A DNA stretch of 64,000 nt. Source: the human T2T-CHM13v2.0 reference genome, Homo sapiens. Both the position numbers and the translations under genes were made by a program. The notes beneath the pieces are model-generated. The model made no database searches, was not told the origin of the DNA, and saw nothing but the letters and a program-made list of their open reading frames with translations. The DNA is taken from NCBI RefSeq assembly GCF_009914755.1, contig NC_060931.1; one strand, given 5' to 3'. How positions within the stretch are numbered: the first letter of the stretch is position 1; the number at the start of each line of letters is the position of its first letter. Of this stretch, positions 1-14,200 are shown piece by piece.

Positions 1-1097
1 ATTTACCTAGTAAAGGAGCCTGATTTAACTTTATTAAATATACTAAATTTGCTTGACCTCAGAACTATGATCCCCTCTGCATTATATACACACACACTGC
101 ACTACACTTCTATGAGAAATTCTTGGTAGTGTAGATGGTGCTGTGTAATGGACAAGGGCTTAGGACAAAGGGCTCCATGGTACAAGAACCAGGTGTTGAA
201 CCCCAGTAAGACAATACCTGGGTTCTGAGCAGAGAGAGGGCAATGAAACCATCCCAACAACTCTCTCTTCCCTGACTGGGATAGGGCACCTCTTCTGCCA
301 GATGCTGGATGGGGTGTGGAATGAAACTGATTCTTCACAAGAACAGAATTAGAATGGATTTGAGAATATTTTAATAAGTATCTCATGTGAAGCACTTGGC
401 TTTCTTAAAAGACACAGCTAATGAGCTTTATTCTCTACATGAAAAGCAGAAAGGAATTTAGTAACCAAATGAAAGAGTTCCCAGAGGTGCACTCGGAACA
501 GCCCCTTAACAAGGATCTGTCCTCCATGGAATAGCCCGTTTGCCGCCTTCTCCCAGGGTCCCAGGCATGCTGCTAAACATGTGGCTCAGAAAGGAGCCCA
601 CGCTGGTGTCTGGGAGGCAGTAGGACCGCAAAGAAATTCATACACAACACACTTGACCTGTAAAATTGCCATTTCCATTTAAAGTGAGCTCTACACCCAG
701 CTAGATGAGCAGCTGGTCTAAGTTGTCACCATTTTTTAACTCTTGTGCCCACTTGCCACCAATCTGTCATTCCTGTTTGACGACACCAGTCATCTGCATG
801 GCAGCTGGCAGATGCTAAAGACTAGCAGGAAGACCTCAGGACTGTGGGCCACCTGTCAGGGGAGTGAGGGGGCTGTCAGCTGACACTTCTCCCCCTTATC
901 TAACAGTGCTGGGGCCAAGGACTGGAATGCAGGTTTGACCATCAGCTGATGTTTCCTGTAAACATAAAGATGAAATGGTTGCCTTTTGAGACTTTCGTAA
1001 TGCAGAGACTTAAGCTGCAAGCGTGGGTGGAGAGGTTTGTTTTATAGTCTTGAACAAGGTTTCTGCTGACTTCTGTGTCTGTCTGGTTTCTTTGCAG

Positions 1098-1193
1098 TTC
1101 CTCAGCACTTTGTTTGCCCCCTTAAACTTTGTCATGGAGAAAGTGGAGAGCATCCTCCCATCCAGTCTGTGGCACCAGCTAACACGGATCTGA
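1098..1193 (+). CDS. ST7: Terminal coding exon of ST7 (suppression of tumorigenicity 7), distal alternative last exon: FLSTLFAPLNFVMEKVESILPSSLWHQLTRI*
   Basis: Polypyrimidine tract and acceptor 'ctggtttctttgcag|TTC' (AG at 1096-1097), 31 open codons to TGA at 1191-1193. The peptide matches the recalled ST7 C-terminus, and the synteny with WNT2 fits 7q31.2. It is absent from the ORF track because it is short and spliced. Confidence 0.93.
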   Translation, partial: FLSTLFAPLNFVMEKVESILPSSLWHQLTRI

Positions 1194-1440
1194 GAGAAGC
1201 CCTGTCCTCCACTCACCTCACCCGCCGCTGCCACCATCTCCTCTGTGCCAACTCCTTGTGGACCGCAAGAAAGCATGACTTTGAAAAAGGGAAGCCATTC
1301 CGAGATTTTAAAATGTTCATGGACTATTCCATATTAAAAGCTGTTTTTGTTGTACAAAATTCACTGATGTTCAGTTCTATTTTATTTTGCCTTCAGAAAA
1401 GAAGAAAGTCAAAAATAAAACTTTTGTGTATTACAGCAAT
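1194..1440 (+). terminator. ST7: ST7 3'UTR with polyadenylation signal
   Basis: TGTA at 1351-1354, AATAAA at 1414-1419, TG/T-rich sequence downstream (tttgtatcctcctgtgtctt). A second AATAAA lies at 1489-1494. The cleavage site is inferred. Confidence 0.75.
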
Positions 1441-2511
1441 CATTTGTATCCTCCTGTGTCTTCCAACCCTAAAATTGTTGATGTCCCAAATAAACCTTTG
1501 GATTTACCTTGAGTTTCCTGGGAACCTGGATCTACTGAATGCCACATCATGGTTTCTGTGCTGATGGAACACATCTCAGCAGGCCCTGAGAACCCCTTAT
1601 AGGCAGAGGCTTGGAAAATGGAATCTCTTGGGTTCAACAGGACCATCATTGTCAACCCCAAACTGTCCTTCTAGGCCAAATGCACAGAAAAAGCTCGCAA
1701 GAGGAATCACTGGAAGCATGAATGAAGCAAAATGTGTGTGCCATGGCAGGTTGTTCTGGTTCAGAGACTCTACTTACTGAATAGTGTTCAACACTGTAGT
1801 TCCAGGAATCCTTTTGGTTTTGCTGTTTGAAAACTTCTTGTGAGAAAACTCCTGATAAGAAGCCGCAGACCCAACAGTCTGTGGTAGAACCTGACCAGTT
1901 TACTGTCATTGCCATTTTTAAAATGTTTTCTCGTAAGGGTACTTTTAAATTTTTTATCATGTTTGCATTCCTGATGCTTCAGTGTGAGCATTCTTTGAGT
2001 ATTTTAGTGATCTGAACCAAAGTGATCATTTGTCCTCACCACCTTTAAAAGCTTTCCATATGATTCATATCTTGCTTAGCATCTGGCTTTACTTAAGCAA
2101 AAAAAAAAAAAAAGAAAAGAAAAGAAAAATAAATAAACTTGAATCCTCTATCTAAAGTGAAAAATACCACTATTTAAAATCTCACTCCAGTGCCTAAAAA
2201 CAAAGGGCCTGTCCTTTATGTAGCTTGTTTTTCCCCTTATTGAGAATCTGAAGTCTTTCCCCACTAGTGTTAAAATAAGCAGTATTCGGGGAAAGCACCT
2301 GGCCACATCTCCTTCTCAGGGGATCTTCCTGCTGGCCCCAAGAGCATAGTCAGGTGGGCAGGTAACATTTAGGTGCACAAGGGCTTTTTATGCTTTTGGC
2401 AAACCCTTCTTTGTACCTACTTTGTACAAAGCCCTAATGGGATATGTAGCTAGCTCCGGCTCTTGAAGTATCTCATAAGAGCTTGAACTCCATGTACACA
2501 CACTGGTAGCA

Positions 2512-2620
2512 CTGCTCTTGGCAGGGGCCAGGTCTATCTTGTGGATATCTGCTCTTGGTGGCAGGAGCCAGGTCTGTCTCGTGGATATCTGCTCTTGGTG
2601 GCAGGGGCCAGGTCTATCTC
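2512..2620. repeat. 40-bp minisatellite, ~2.8 copies
   Basis: Unit ctgctcttggtggcaggggccaggtctatctcgtggatat starts at 2512 (37 bp copy), 2549 and 2589. Confidence 0.9.
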
Positions 2621-2977
2621 TTTCCCTCTTCTTCCTCTGACACAACTCTCAACATAAAGGGGATGTGCAAATGATTTCTTGGATGAATTGATGCGATACG
2701 TGATAGGTATAAATAACCTTTGACCCATATTCAGAGGAGGAAGATGGGTTCCAGCTGAGAAGGACCAGGGAAGGCTTGGAAATGTAATTTTGAGCCAGAA
2801 GAAAAAATGATGAGAATCTGATTCTTTGATTTAGTAGATGAGGAAACAAAAGTCCAAAGTCGACCTACCGAAGTTGGGACTCCAGATTGCGATAATCCTT
2901 GAATGAAGGTTTAAGAGCTTATAGGCAGTGGGAAGTGGAAATGCCCAAAGACATCGTTGTTAGAAAATCCAAGTTTT

Positions 2978-3252
2978 CTGTAATCCCAGCAATTTGGGAG
3001 GCCAGGTCAGGAGGATTATTTGAGCCCAGGAGTTCAAGGCTAGCCTGAGTAACATAGTAAGACCTGAGCTCCACAAAAAAAAATTTTTAATTAGGTGGGC
3101 ATGGTGGCATGTGCCTGTAGTCCCAGCTACTTGGAAGGCTGAGGTGGGAGGATCACTTGGGCCCAGGAGGTCGAGGCTGCAGTGAGCCCTGATTACACTC
3201 CAGCCTGGGTGACAGAGTGAGACCCTGTCTCAAAAGAAAAAAAAAAAAAAAA
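2978..3252 (+). mobile_element. Alu (AluJ-like, 5'-truncated)
   Basis: ctgtaatcccagc...gcccaggagttcaaggc...A-tail. Confidence 0.9.
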
Positions 3253-3510
3253 CAAGTTGCAGAAAATACAGCAAAGATACGGAAGATAAGGATTTTAAAG
3301 TGCCTAATGAATTTAATAGTTAGGATTTTAGAGCCATTTCATGGAAAGGTGAGGCTTTGAGGGGTAGGAGGAGTTAATGGGAAGTGCAGATGGAAAAAAG
3401 ATGGTGACAGATGTAGACACAATCAGATGACAGATGTGGGTAATACTGTTGAAGGAAATGACAGGGTGGGTAATATTGTTGAAGGAAATGAGTCCATTGG
3501 CTAATAGGAG

Positions 3511-4210
<700 letters not shown>

Positions 4211-4882
4211 AGGGCTAATCAGGTGAGGAGAGAGAGACACCTTCCCTGAACTTGAGAGAAGCAAATGATGTGAACTTCCTAGACCTTGCACCTTATGACC
4301 CAGAGTCAAGACCCCCTCCTCAACTACTCTGCTCAACTGTTGAGCCCACTCACAACTCACACTAGCAATTCTCACCTCCCCAGTCCTGGATGCCAGGGAG
4401 GTTGCTGTTTTCCCAGGTCTTGCCTTGTTTTGCTGCCCCTGAGGACAAGCATTAAGGCTCTCTTCTTTGTAAATCATTTAATGCAAATATGTGGAGAGGT
4501 AGAGCCAGAGCAACTCAAATAACACAGTAGAAGTTTTAAAGATGATTATTTATATATCATTCTTACACTTCCTGACCAAGGTCCATGGTTCCTGACTTCT
4601 GACAGAGATGGCAACTGGAATCCAGGTTGTCTTCTGCCTTCTGCTTTGATTTCTATATGAGGGTGCATCAAAATCCATTCCGATGGGCTTCCTTTATAAA
4701 GACCCTTCCTTCCAGCAGGACAGTAAGTGTTCCTTAGTCTCAACTTATGTGTATGTGTTGGAATACAAATGTAAACATTCTAAATTAAATATCAGCAAAT
4801 GCAATCTAGCAATGGATACAGGAAAAAAGACAATATGACCAAATGGAATGATCTGCCAGTTTGGTTTTTCTTTTAAACTTTG

Positions 4883-5282
4883 TGATATGGTTTGGATTTG
4901 TGTCCCCACCCAAATCTCACGACAAATTGTAATCCTCAATATTGGAGGTGGGGCCTGGTGCTGGTGATTGGATCTTGGGGGCAGATTTTTCCCTTTGGTG
5001 GTGTTTTCGTGATAGTGAATTCTCATGAGATCTGGTTGTTTAAAAGTGTGTGGCACCTCCCCGCTCTCTCTTCCTCCTGCTCCAGCCATGAGAAGTACTT
5101 TCTGGCTCCCCCTTCACCTTTCACCATGATTGTAAGTTTCCTGTGGCCTCCCCAGAAGCCAAGCAGAAGCCACTATGCTTCCTGTACAGCCTGCAGAACT
5201 GTGAGCCAATTAAACCTCTTTTCTTTATAAATTACCTAGTGCCAGGTATTTCATTATGGCAATGGGAGAATGGACAAATACA
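4883..5282 (+). mobile_element. MaLR solo LTR (MST-like)
   Basis: tgatatggtttgg...caattaaacctcttttctttataaattacc...aataca. Confidence 0.87.
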
Positions 5283-5342
5283 CTTCTTTTATCAGTACTT
5301 ACCAGCATCAAAATTATTATGGCTTTATAAAAGAATTGAGAA

Positions 5343-5646
5343 GACCAGCCTCTGTGGCTTATACTGGTAATCCCAGCACTTTGAGAGGCTGAAGCAGGAG
5401 AATTTCTTGAGCCCAGGAGTTTGAGATCAGCCTGGGCAAGAATAGTAAGGCTACAAAATAAAACATAAAACATTCAAAAATTTTAGCTGGGTGTGGTGAT
5501 GTGCACCTATAGTCCCAGCTACTTGGGAGGCTGAGGTGGGACAAGTTCCTTGAGCCCAGGCATTGGAGGCTGCAGTGTACTGTGATTGCACCATTGTACT
5601 CCAGCCTGGGTGACAGAGGGAGACTCAGTCTCTAAAAATGTTTTTA
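5343..5646 (+). mobile_element. Alu (AluJ-like)
   Basis: Diverged Alu dimer flanked by the TSD aaaagaattgagaag. Confidence 0.9.
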
Positions 5647-5772
5647 AAAAGAATTGAGAAGCTTTCCATATCTTCATATGGCCTGAAATAAACACTGACA
5701 TTATCTGCCGTTACAGGATTAGGGAAAAGACATGAAACATCTGATTTTCAGGCTCTAATGGTGGATTTTTAA

Positions 5773-8120
5773 ACTTTTTTTAATTTTTAATTTTTGTGGG
5801 TACATAGGTGTATATGTTTATGGGGTACATGAGATGTTTGATACAGGCATGTGCTGCATAGTAATCATGGAAAATGGGGTATCCATCCCCTCAGGTATTT
5901 ATCCTTTGTGTTACAAAAAATCAAATTATACTTTTTTAGTTGTTAGTTATTTTTAAATGTACAATTAAGTTATTATTGACTACAGTAGTCACCCTGTTGT
6001 GCTATCAAGTAGGTTTATCCATTCTTTCTATTTTTTTTTATCCATTTACCATCTCCACCTTCTCCCTCAAACCCCCACTACCCTTCCCAGCCTCTGGTAA
6101 CCATCCTTTTACTCTGTATGTCCGTGAGTTCAATTGTTTTCATTTTTACATCCCACAAATAAGTGAGAACACGTGATGTTTGTCTTTCTGTGTCTGGCTT
6201 ATTTCACTTAACATTAATGGCCCCAGTTCCATCCATGTTGTTGCAAATGACGGAATCTCATTCAATTTTATGGCTGAATAGTACTTTATCATGTATAAGT
6301 AACACATTTTCTTTATTCATTCATCTGTTTATAGACACGTAGGTTGCTTCTAAATCTTAGCTATTTTGAACAGTGCTGCAATAAACATGAGAGTGCAGAT
6401 ATCTCTTTGATATACTGAGTTCCTTTCTTTTGGGTATATACCCAGCAATGGGATTGTTAGTTTATATCGTAGCTCTATTTTAAGATTTTTGAGGAACCTC
6501 CAAATGGTTATCCTTAGTGGTCATTCTAATTTACATTCCCACCAACAGTGTACAAGGGTCCCCTTTTCTCCACATCCTCACCAGCATTTGTTGTTGGCTG
6601 TCTTTTGGATATAAGCCATTTTAACTGGGGTGAGATGATATCTCATTGTAGTTTGGACTTGCATTTCTCTAATGATCAGTGATGTTGAGCACCTTTTCAT
6701 ATGCCTGCTTGCAATTTGTATGTCTTCTTTTCAGAAATGTCTATTCAAATCTTTTGCCCATTTTCTGATCAGATTATTAGATTTTTTTCCTATAGAGCTG
6801 TTTGAGCTTTTTATATATTCTGGTTATTAATCTCTTGTCAGATGGGTAGTTTGCAAATACTTTTCCTATTCTGTGGGTTGTCTCTTCCTTTTGTTGATTG
6901 TTTTCTTTGCTGTGCAGAAGCTTTTTAACTTGACGTGATTCCATTTGTCCATTTTTGCTTTGGTTACCTGTGCTTGTGGGGTATTGCTGAAGAAATATTT
7001 GCCCAGACCAATGTCCTAGAGACTTTCTCCAACGTTTTCTTGTAGTAGTTTCATAGTTTGAAGTCTTAGATTTAAGTCTTTAATCCATTTTGATTGGATT
7101 TTTCTATATGGCAAGAGATAGGGGTCAAGTTTCATTTTTCTGCATATGGATATCTAATGTTCCCAGCGCCATTTATTGAAGAGACTGTCTTTTCCCCAGT
7201 GTATGTTCTTGGCACCTTTGTTGAAAATGAGTTCACTCTAGGTGTATAAATTTGTTTCTGGGTTCTCTATTCTGTTCCATTGGTCTATGTGTCTGTTTTT
7301 ATGCCGGTACCATGCTGTTTTGGTTACTATAGCTCTGCAGTATCATTTGAAGTCAGGTAATGTGATTCCTTTAGTTTTGTTCTTTTTGCTTAGGATAGCC
7401 TTGGCTATTCTGGGTCTTTTGTGGTTCCATATAAATTTTAGGATGTTTTTTCTATGTCTGTGAAGAATGTCATTGATATTCTGATAGGGTTTGCATTGAA
7501 TCCATAGATTGCTTTGGGTAGTATGGACATTTTAACAATATTGATTCTTCTAATCCATGAACATGGAATATCTTTCCATTTTTGATGTGCTTTTCAATTT
7601 CTTTCATTGGTATTTTATAGTTTTCATTATAGAGAGCTTTGACTTCTTTGGTTAATTCCTAGGAATTTATTATAATTTTATTTCTGCCTACTGTAAGTGG
7701 GATTACTTTTCTGAATTCTTTTTTACATTGTTCACTGTTGGCATATAGAAATGCTACTTATTTTTGTATGCTTATATTGTATCCTGCAACTTTACTGAAT
7801 TTGTTTATCAGTTCTGCTTTTTTGGTGGAGTCTTTAGGTTTTTCCAAACATAAGATCGTATCATTTGCAAACAAAGATAATTTGACTTCTTTCTTTCCAA
7901 TTTTGGATGCCCTTCATTTCTTTGTTTGATTGCTCTAGCTAGGCCTTCCAGTACTATGTTGAATAACAGTGGTGAAAGTGGGCATCCTCATCATGTTCCA
8001 GATCTTAGAGGAAGGGCTTTCAGTTTTTCCCCATTCAGTATGATACTATCTATGGGTCTTTTGTATATGGCTATTATGTTAAGGTATTTCTCTTCTATAT
8101 CCAGTTTTTTGAGGGTTTAA
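5773..8120 (-). mobile_element. L1 (L1MA-like), 5'-truncated: 3'UTR and ORF2 3' part
   Basis: T-rich antisense L1 motifs (ttccatccatgttgttgcaaatgac, cattcccaccaacagtgtacaaggg, ttgaataacagtggtgaaagtgggcatcc). Confidence 0.9.
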
Positions 8121-10862
8121 CGGTTGGTTTTCGAGCATTTTTTTTTTACTGTCTTCTGTGGTGATCAGTGTATGCAAATTTTTCACTTCTTTTTGTGTTC
8201 AGTTGATTGTATACTTATATAGGAAATAATGCATTCAAATGTGTTGAATGCATTATTCACAGAGACAGGGGTTCATAATTTATATATTTAATTTCATCTG
8301 TATTTCTAGTTATTCTTCTTTTCTCATTTCTAATTTTCTATAATTTTGCTCTTTTCTCCTTTTAATCAGCCTCACAAGATTTATCTATTTTGTTCTTTCA
8401 AAGAAACAAGTTCTTTATTTACTAATTACTTCAACCATTCTTTTTGCCATATATTTTATTTTTCAGCTTTCATCTATGTATTTATTCTTCCTAGTTGCTC
8501 TTTTTTAATAAGAATTATAATTTTTCTAATTTCCTTAAGTGAATAATTGGTTCATTTTTATTTTATTTCTCAAAGGCAGGTTCTTAAACCAATCAATTCT
8601 TCTCCGAGTGTAGCTTTCTTGTCTTGTACATTTTGCTATTAAAGTGTTCTCCTTGTCATTCTTTTATAGAAATTTAGAAATTTCTGTTTTGGCTTCTTTT
8701 TGTTTAGGAGTGACCACTTTTGGACATTTAATAGTAATTGGTTCTCCAATTATTGACTTCAGTGAGTTTATTTTTGATGTAATTCTGCAATATCTAATGA
8801 AAACATCAAAGGTATTCAGCTGCCTGCCCCTAAGTGCAGTAAACCCTGATACATCACATCCAGGCATTACTTCTACATTTCTGTCAGTATTTCTATAATT
8901 ATTTTTTTTAATTACACCTTTTTTCCATGTGAAACTTTAAGGGCAAGTTAAAGTATTTAAAACATGTTCGTGTTCCTTCCACTGTTCTTCTCCTGGTTCC
9001 TCTCCTTCTTGTCCTATGACCATGCACTTCATCAAGCTGAAACAAATCTGTGTGCTGGGTCACCGGAGAGCTGAGTAAACACAGGAACGTAGTACCCCAA
9101 GTAAGCGCTGAAAATGAGGGACATGCGGTGCCTCTAAGATGTTCACATCACCTATTTGGCTTCTGTTCTGCAGTAGTGACAGCTCTAGTTGGCTGTAGTA
9201 GGAACTGAAATTTTAAAAGGGGAAGGGGGTGTGGAGGTGTAAACCAGCGTTTGAAGGAACTCATCTTGCAGTTCTGGATGTTGAGGATCTGGGATAACAG
9301 ACTGAGCAGACAGGAACTGGCCAAAATGGAAATGTTCAAGCAGAGGCAGCTTGGCCCTCTATCAAGAAAATTCTGGAGAGCCACAGAGGCTGGAGGAATA
9401 GGAGAACTTCAGGTAATCTCTATATCTCCTTACAGCAATATCTATAATTCTTTAGCAGGAGCAAAGAAGACAGGAAGGAAGTTTTCTTCCCCTCCTTCTC
9501 CAGCTTGTCTCTGGTTCTATTCAGCTTAAGTCAATTTCACAGTCCCATTTATCCTCGGCTTGTGCGTGACCAACCTTAGGAAGAAAATCTTTGGAACTGA
9601 AAACCTCAACTGGCCATTGTAAAAGGGCAAGCAAGCCTCAAGATGGTGTATGTTTGTTCAGGGAAGGGGGCATAGGCTACAATTTTAGGAAGTGTGCAAG
9701 GAATATATATATATATAGTTTTAATGTTCTTTAAAACCACCTCCTTCCTGTTATGAGCCCCATCCCCTCAAGCCAGCAGGGAATGTCACGTGAGTCCTGA
9801 ACAGGATGCTCTCCACCTCCAGAGCGGATGTGCCTTCAGACACCTGTATCCTAGGTGTCTCTGACAGCATAGCATCATCCAGGCCCACAGCATCCCTGAA
9901 GTCCTCAGCTTTCTGCTTCTGCAGCATGCTCAGGCCACAGGACCCCCGGGCCCCCCATGCCAGGCTCCCCATGTGTGTCCCCTGCTGCCTCTTCTGAGGT
10001 CTGGATGCCACTTGCAGGCCCACAGACCACCCCGTTATGCCTCTCACCTCTCCAGCCTGCCTCCTGGACACCCTGGGCCGTCTCGGCAGTGGGGGCCATC
10101 CCCCCAGCCCCCCACCTCCGACAGCCACAAGCTTTTCCAGGCTGCTTCTGTTTTTCTCCTCGACAACTCTCTGGGATAAAGAGCTCCAAACTCCAAAATC
10201 CCACTTGAAATGGCAAAAAGAAGGATGCAAGGAGAAAATATGAATTAATATCTCACAAATACTATGCCCTACAAACCAGACAACCTCCTTCATATCTAGT
10301 GCAAATTAGATTCCTTTTTTCACTCATTCCCTCATTCAACTGAAATGTATTGAGGGCCTCTTGCATGTCAGGTCGATGGCCAGGTCCTCCCAGCTGAACC
10401 CTCAGTGTAATACTTTCCCACCGGGCGTCACTTGTACCTGTCCTTGTCTCTCTCCCGCTCTACTCCTCTGGACCACAGGGGATTTGAGTTCCACGTTGTG
10501 ACATTCATCTTCACTCCCTCATGATCTAGAACTAGACATTCTCTATTCTAGAATATAATACAATAAATATTGGCAGGAAGGCAGGACAGACTAGATCCTA
10601 AGAGAAGGAAAGATGGCAGCACTCGACCAGAAGGGAGCATCGTTCTACAGAAGTCCAGGGAGAAATAATGTTAAAATGAAATGAAATGTATTCTATTCCT
10701 GGAACATCAGCTTAATGAGTGAGGAACCTTTGTGCAAACTTTGCCAATAAGGTTTTATCTGGGAGATATTTTTTCTTCTTATTCCACACTACCCAAATGA
10801 CAATTGTTAATGTTTATTGTGTCTATCCATATATCAATACTGTACAAGGTACTCAATCTGCT

Positions 10863-10905
10863 TTGTTAGGGTTCTCCAGAGAAACAGCAACAATAGCAGA
10901 TATTA

Positions 10906-10962
<57 letters not shown>

Positions 10963-11299
10963 GGCTCACAAGCTAGAGACCCAGGAAAGCTGAAGGACTG
11001 AGAACATGGGGAGCCAATGATGTTCACCCCAGTTCAAGGGCAGGAGAACATGAGATGGGATGTCTGAGTTCACGGGCAGGAAAGAAGGGACGAATTCCTC
11101 TGTGCTCTGCCTTTTGCTCCATTCAGGCCCTCAGTGAACAGGATGATGGCCACCCCCATGAGGGAAGGCAGCCTACTGAGTCCACCTATCCAGATGCCAA
11201 TCTCACCTGGAAACAGCCCCCACAGACATGCTCAAAAACAGTGCTTAATCTGGGCAACCAGTGGCCCATTCAAATTGACACATAAAATTAACCATCACA
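10863..11299 (-). mobile_element. ERVL LTR (MLT2-like) containing a (CA)n microsatellite
   Basis: ttagggttctccagagaaacag...ttgacacataaaattaaccatcaca. Confidence 0.8.
10908..10957. repeat. (CA)~25 microsatellite
   Basis: Directly visible. Confidence 0.98.
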
Positions 11300-14200
11300 T
11301 GTGTGTAACTGTTTTAATCCTTCAAACCACTCTGTAAAGTTGCTACTAATGCTATCATCCCCCCTGAACAAGCAGTGAGTCCAGGAGGTGGGCATGAGCC
11401 CGTGAGGTCCTGGGCCCTGGCCACTTTGCAGGATTGCTGAGGGATGTCACACACCTGTCTCCACTCCCTACCTACCCAGTCTCTTTAGCTGGAAGCAGAT
11501 TACTCCTTGGCGGATCTTCAACCTCTGGGAAAGTGCGCCAGGGAACACTGCCCCTCAAATGCCCCAGAAAGGTGCAGAGCTGAACAGATCTCAAAAGACA
11601 AGATGGACATTTTTCTTCATGTTCCAGCCATGTGTATTGTTCCAGGAGATCAGGAACTAATTTTCCTAGATTAGATGGTTTAAGCATAAAAACAAGTGTA
11701 ATGCTGTGGACTCAAAACAGGAAGAGGCTCCCCTAATGAATATAGACCAGGGTTCCCACAATGGGTTTTGAGAAACGTTAGTCCAGAGAAATGCCTTTTG
11801 AGTGATGCACTGCAAACTTTACCATTCTCTTGGAAAATCCCCATCTCAAAGACCCTGAAAAATCTCATAATAAAGAATCCTGTTTAACCTAGCACTTCTC
11901 CTCCCAATTAGATCATGGGGCATTCTCTCCTTTTATAAAGAAGACTTTTAACATCTCACAGCATTCATTTTGGAAAACAGGACTAGACCAATGCTGACCA
12001 AAAGAAGGGTTCCACATACAAGATGTGTAGTGTGGTCATTCTGAGTGTCTCATCCATCCTGACCAGGTGGGGACCTGCCAGACAGAATTCCGAGAGGAAT
12101 CCCTGGCTGCATCCAACAGCGAAGCGTGGCTGTGCTTCCTGATTGGGCATCGTGTGCTCTGCGCCCACTCCCTACCTGCTTAGAAGGCCCCTTGGTGCTG
12201 GGTTTGAATGTGGGCCATGGACCCCCAGGAAGGCCCTGGGGCCTTCTAACCGCCCATGGACACCTACGCAGAAGAACAAAGTGGAGAAATTAAGGACTGG
12301 GGCAGCTGTCATAATTCATGTGTTCTGTTCTCTCTCCAGACATCCAAGAAAAAGCCAGTGACTGTTCCTGAGGGCGCCTGTTAAGAGCTGGCTTTTTGGC
12401 TGTGGTGACCAGTCAGTCACGACCACTCTTCCGAGAGCAACACCAAGTGGAAACCCCGCCAAGTGGGCTTTTCAGGAACCCTCTCACCACCCAAGGCCTT
12501 TGGATCTTATATCTAACAAATTACATGTTACATTATTTTTTAAAAAACAGGTTAGTGACAACTAAGATAGTCTCTCCAGAATTAGAGTCTGATGTCAGAT
12601 TCAGAAAATCCCCCGTTCCTTGGGAATTCCCATGTCACTCATTCTGCATTAATGATATTTATTCTCTCTCATTGTTTTATTCTTAAAAAATAGCTCCCCT
12701 GGTTGCAATGTGATGTTAAGTATATTACATGTCAGTTCATATATTACAGCTCGCACCACTCCTGGGTATATGTTTCCAAATAGCTCTCACTCCACAGTTC
12801 CAGTTCCACATTAAATATGGGCTGCCATGAGTGGAGCCCGAAAGGGTTGTCTGTTCCATTCCCGCTTCTTGTTTTCCCTGGAAGTATTTTCCCCTCCTAT
12901 TTTATACTCCTCAGGGAAGATGTGCCCTCCAGTAAGAAAAGTCTACCTGGGGAAGGTAGAATGTGTTCTTGCTCTAGAGTTTCTTGAGGGGAGGTGAGAA
13001 GGGGCAGCTGTTTGACAGAGTGCATGCAGCCTTCCAGGGGCTGGCACTGGTTTGGCACATGAGTGGACACCCTGACTAGGGGATGTGGGATGCCAGAAAC
13101 CATCAAGATCCTTGGAAAAAAGCCAAAATATCCTTCCTTCTGCAACATGAACATCAAAATGAGTTTTTGTCTTCTGTGGCTATCATGCTCTTGACCATCT
13201 GTGTTGTAGGGTCATTAACAGACAGTTTCAGGGATTCCGTGGGAGGTCATCCTTTTAGTTACTTCAACAGAATCAACCATGACAACCTAGTTTTATTTCC
13301 ATTTGCTGCAGGATCCAAGCATAAGGCTCTCATGAGCCACCAGCTTCTTTGTTTCATTCATTCATTCAATTAACATATATTATGCATTGGGTTTCATCCA
13401 GTTCCTCAGTGATCAAGAAAAAAACCCAATGTTCTCATCATGCTTGTGGCCTGTGGCAAGGTCCACAGTCCTTGGGACAAAGTCCTCATGTGCCGTCTCC
13501 AGATACAGTCTTCACATGGCAGATGCCAGGCAGCGCCAATAACACTTTCCTCTGGTGCGGCTCTTCTAAGTAGTAAACAAGCAGAAATAGACAGCCTGTA
13601 TGTCATACCCAAGGGGGCTTGTGAAATGATTCTCAGTGGGCCCCAAAGGCTCTCAAAAGGTGAATGAGTCAAGAGCCACTTTCCTCCTGTGCAACTTTGC
13701 CAGTTCTGATTTCCCCCTCATACTTTCTCTCAGATTATCTTAGCCATTGCCCAACACGATGTGACGAGCCCCAGGCACCTCTCTTTTTTAAGATAAGGGG
13801 GAATCTTCAGAGGAAAAGTGACTGCAACAGGGCCAGGGCACAAGGGTCTCTGGAGCCCACTGCTGTCTCCCTTGGCTGCAAAGCTGAAGGCCTGAGACCC
13901 TTGACAAATGAGAATCAGATTGTGTCCAAAATACATCTCAGCCTCTTGGGGCTGTCTGTAGCCATATAAGGAGCTGGTCAAGAGCTATTTATCAGAAAAG
14001 TTCTTGAGGGCAAAGAGAACCTACAGGGCACTTCAATTAGCTGAGCAGTCCCCAGCTCTGATGTGCCTGCAGCTGTCACCAGGAAGGGGTATCAACTATT
14101 CAAATGGCACTGTTATTGCGCTTTCATATGCAAGGGCTACAAAGTGCCCCCCTTCCCTTCATCAACTCCTTTGAACATCTTTGCCCATATTTGCCTAGGA

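Noticed and set aside
1169-1564. 131-aa ORF as the ST7 coding exon
   Set aside because: Non-ATG start, wrong frame, and it runs through the poly(A) signal; the real exon frame ends at 1193.
2512-2620. CRISPR-like array or CTCF motif array
   Set aside because: Head-to-tail repeat without unique spacers in a eukaryotic locus; the CTCF-like core is one base short of consensus spacing.
3437-3491. ~30-bp tandem duplication (also short ones at 43683-43712 and within Alus)
   Set aside because: Ordinary slippage duplications with no sign of function.
9751-10293. 180-aa minus-strand ORF and overlapping ORFs
   Set aside because: GC-rich stretch open in several frames on both strands, with no recognisable domain or exon structure; most likely chance.
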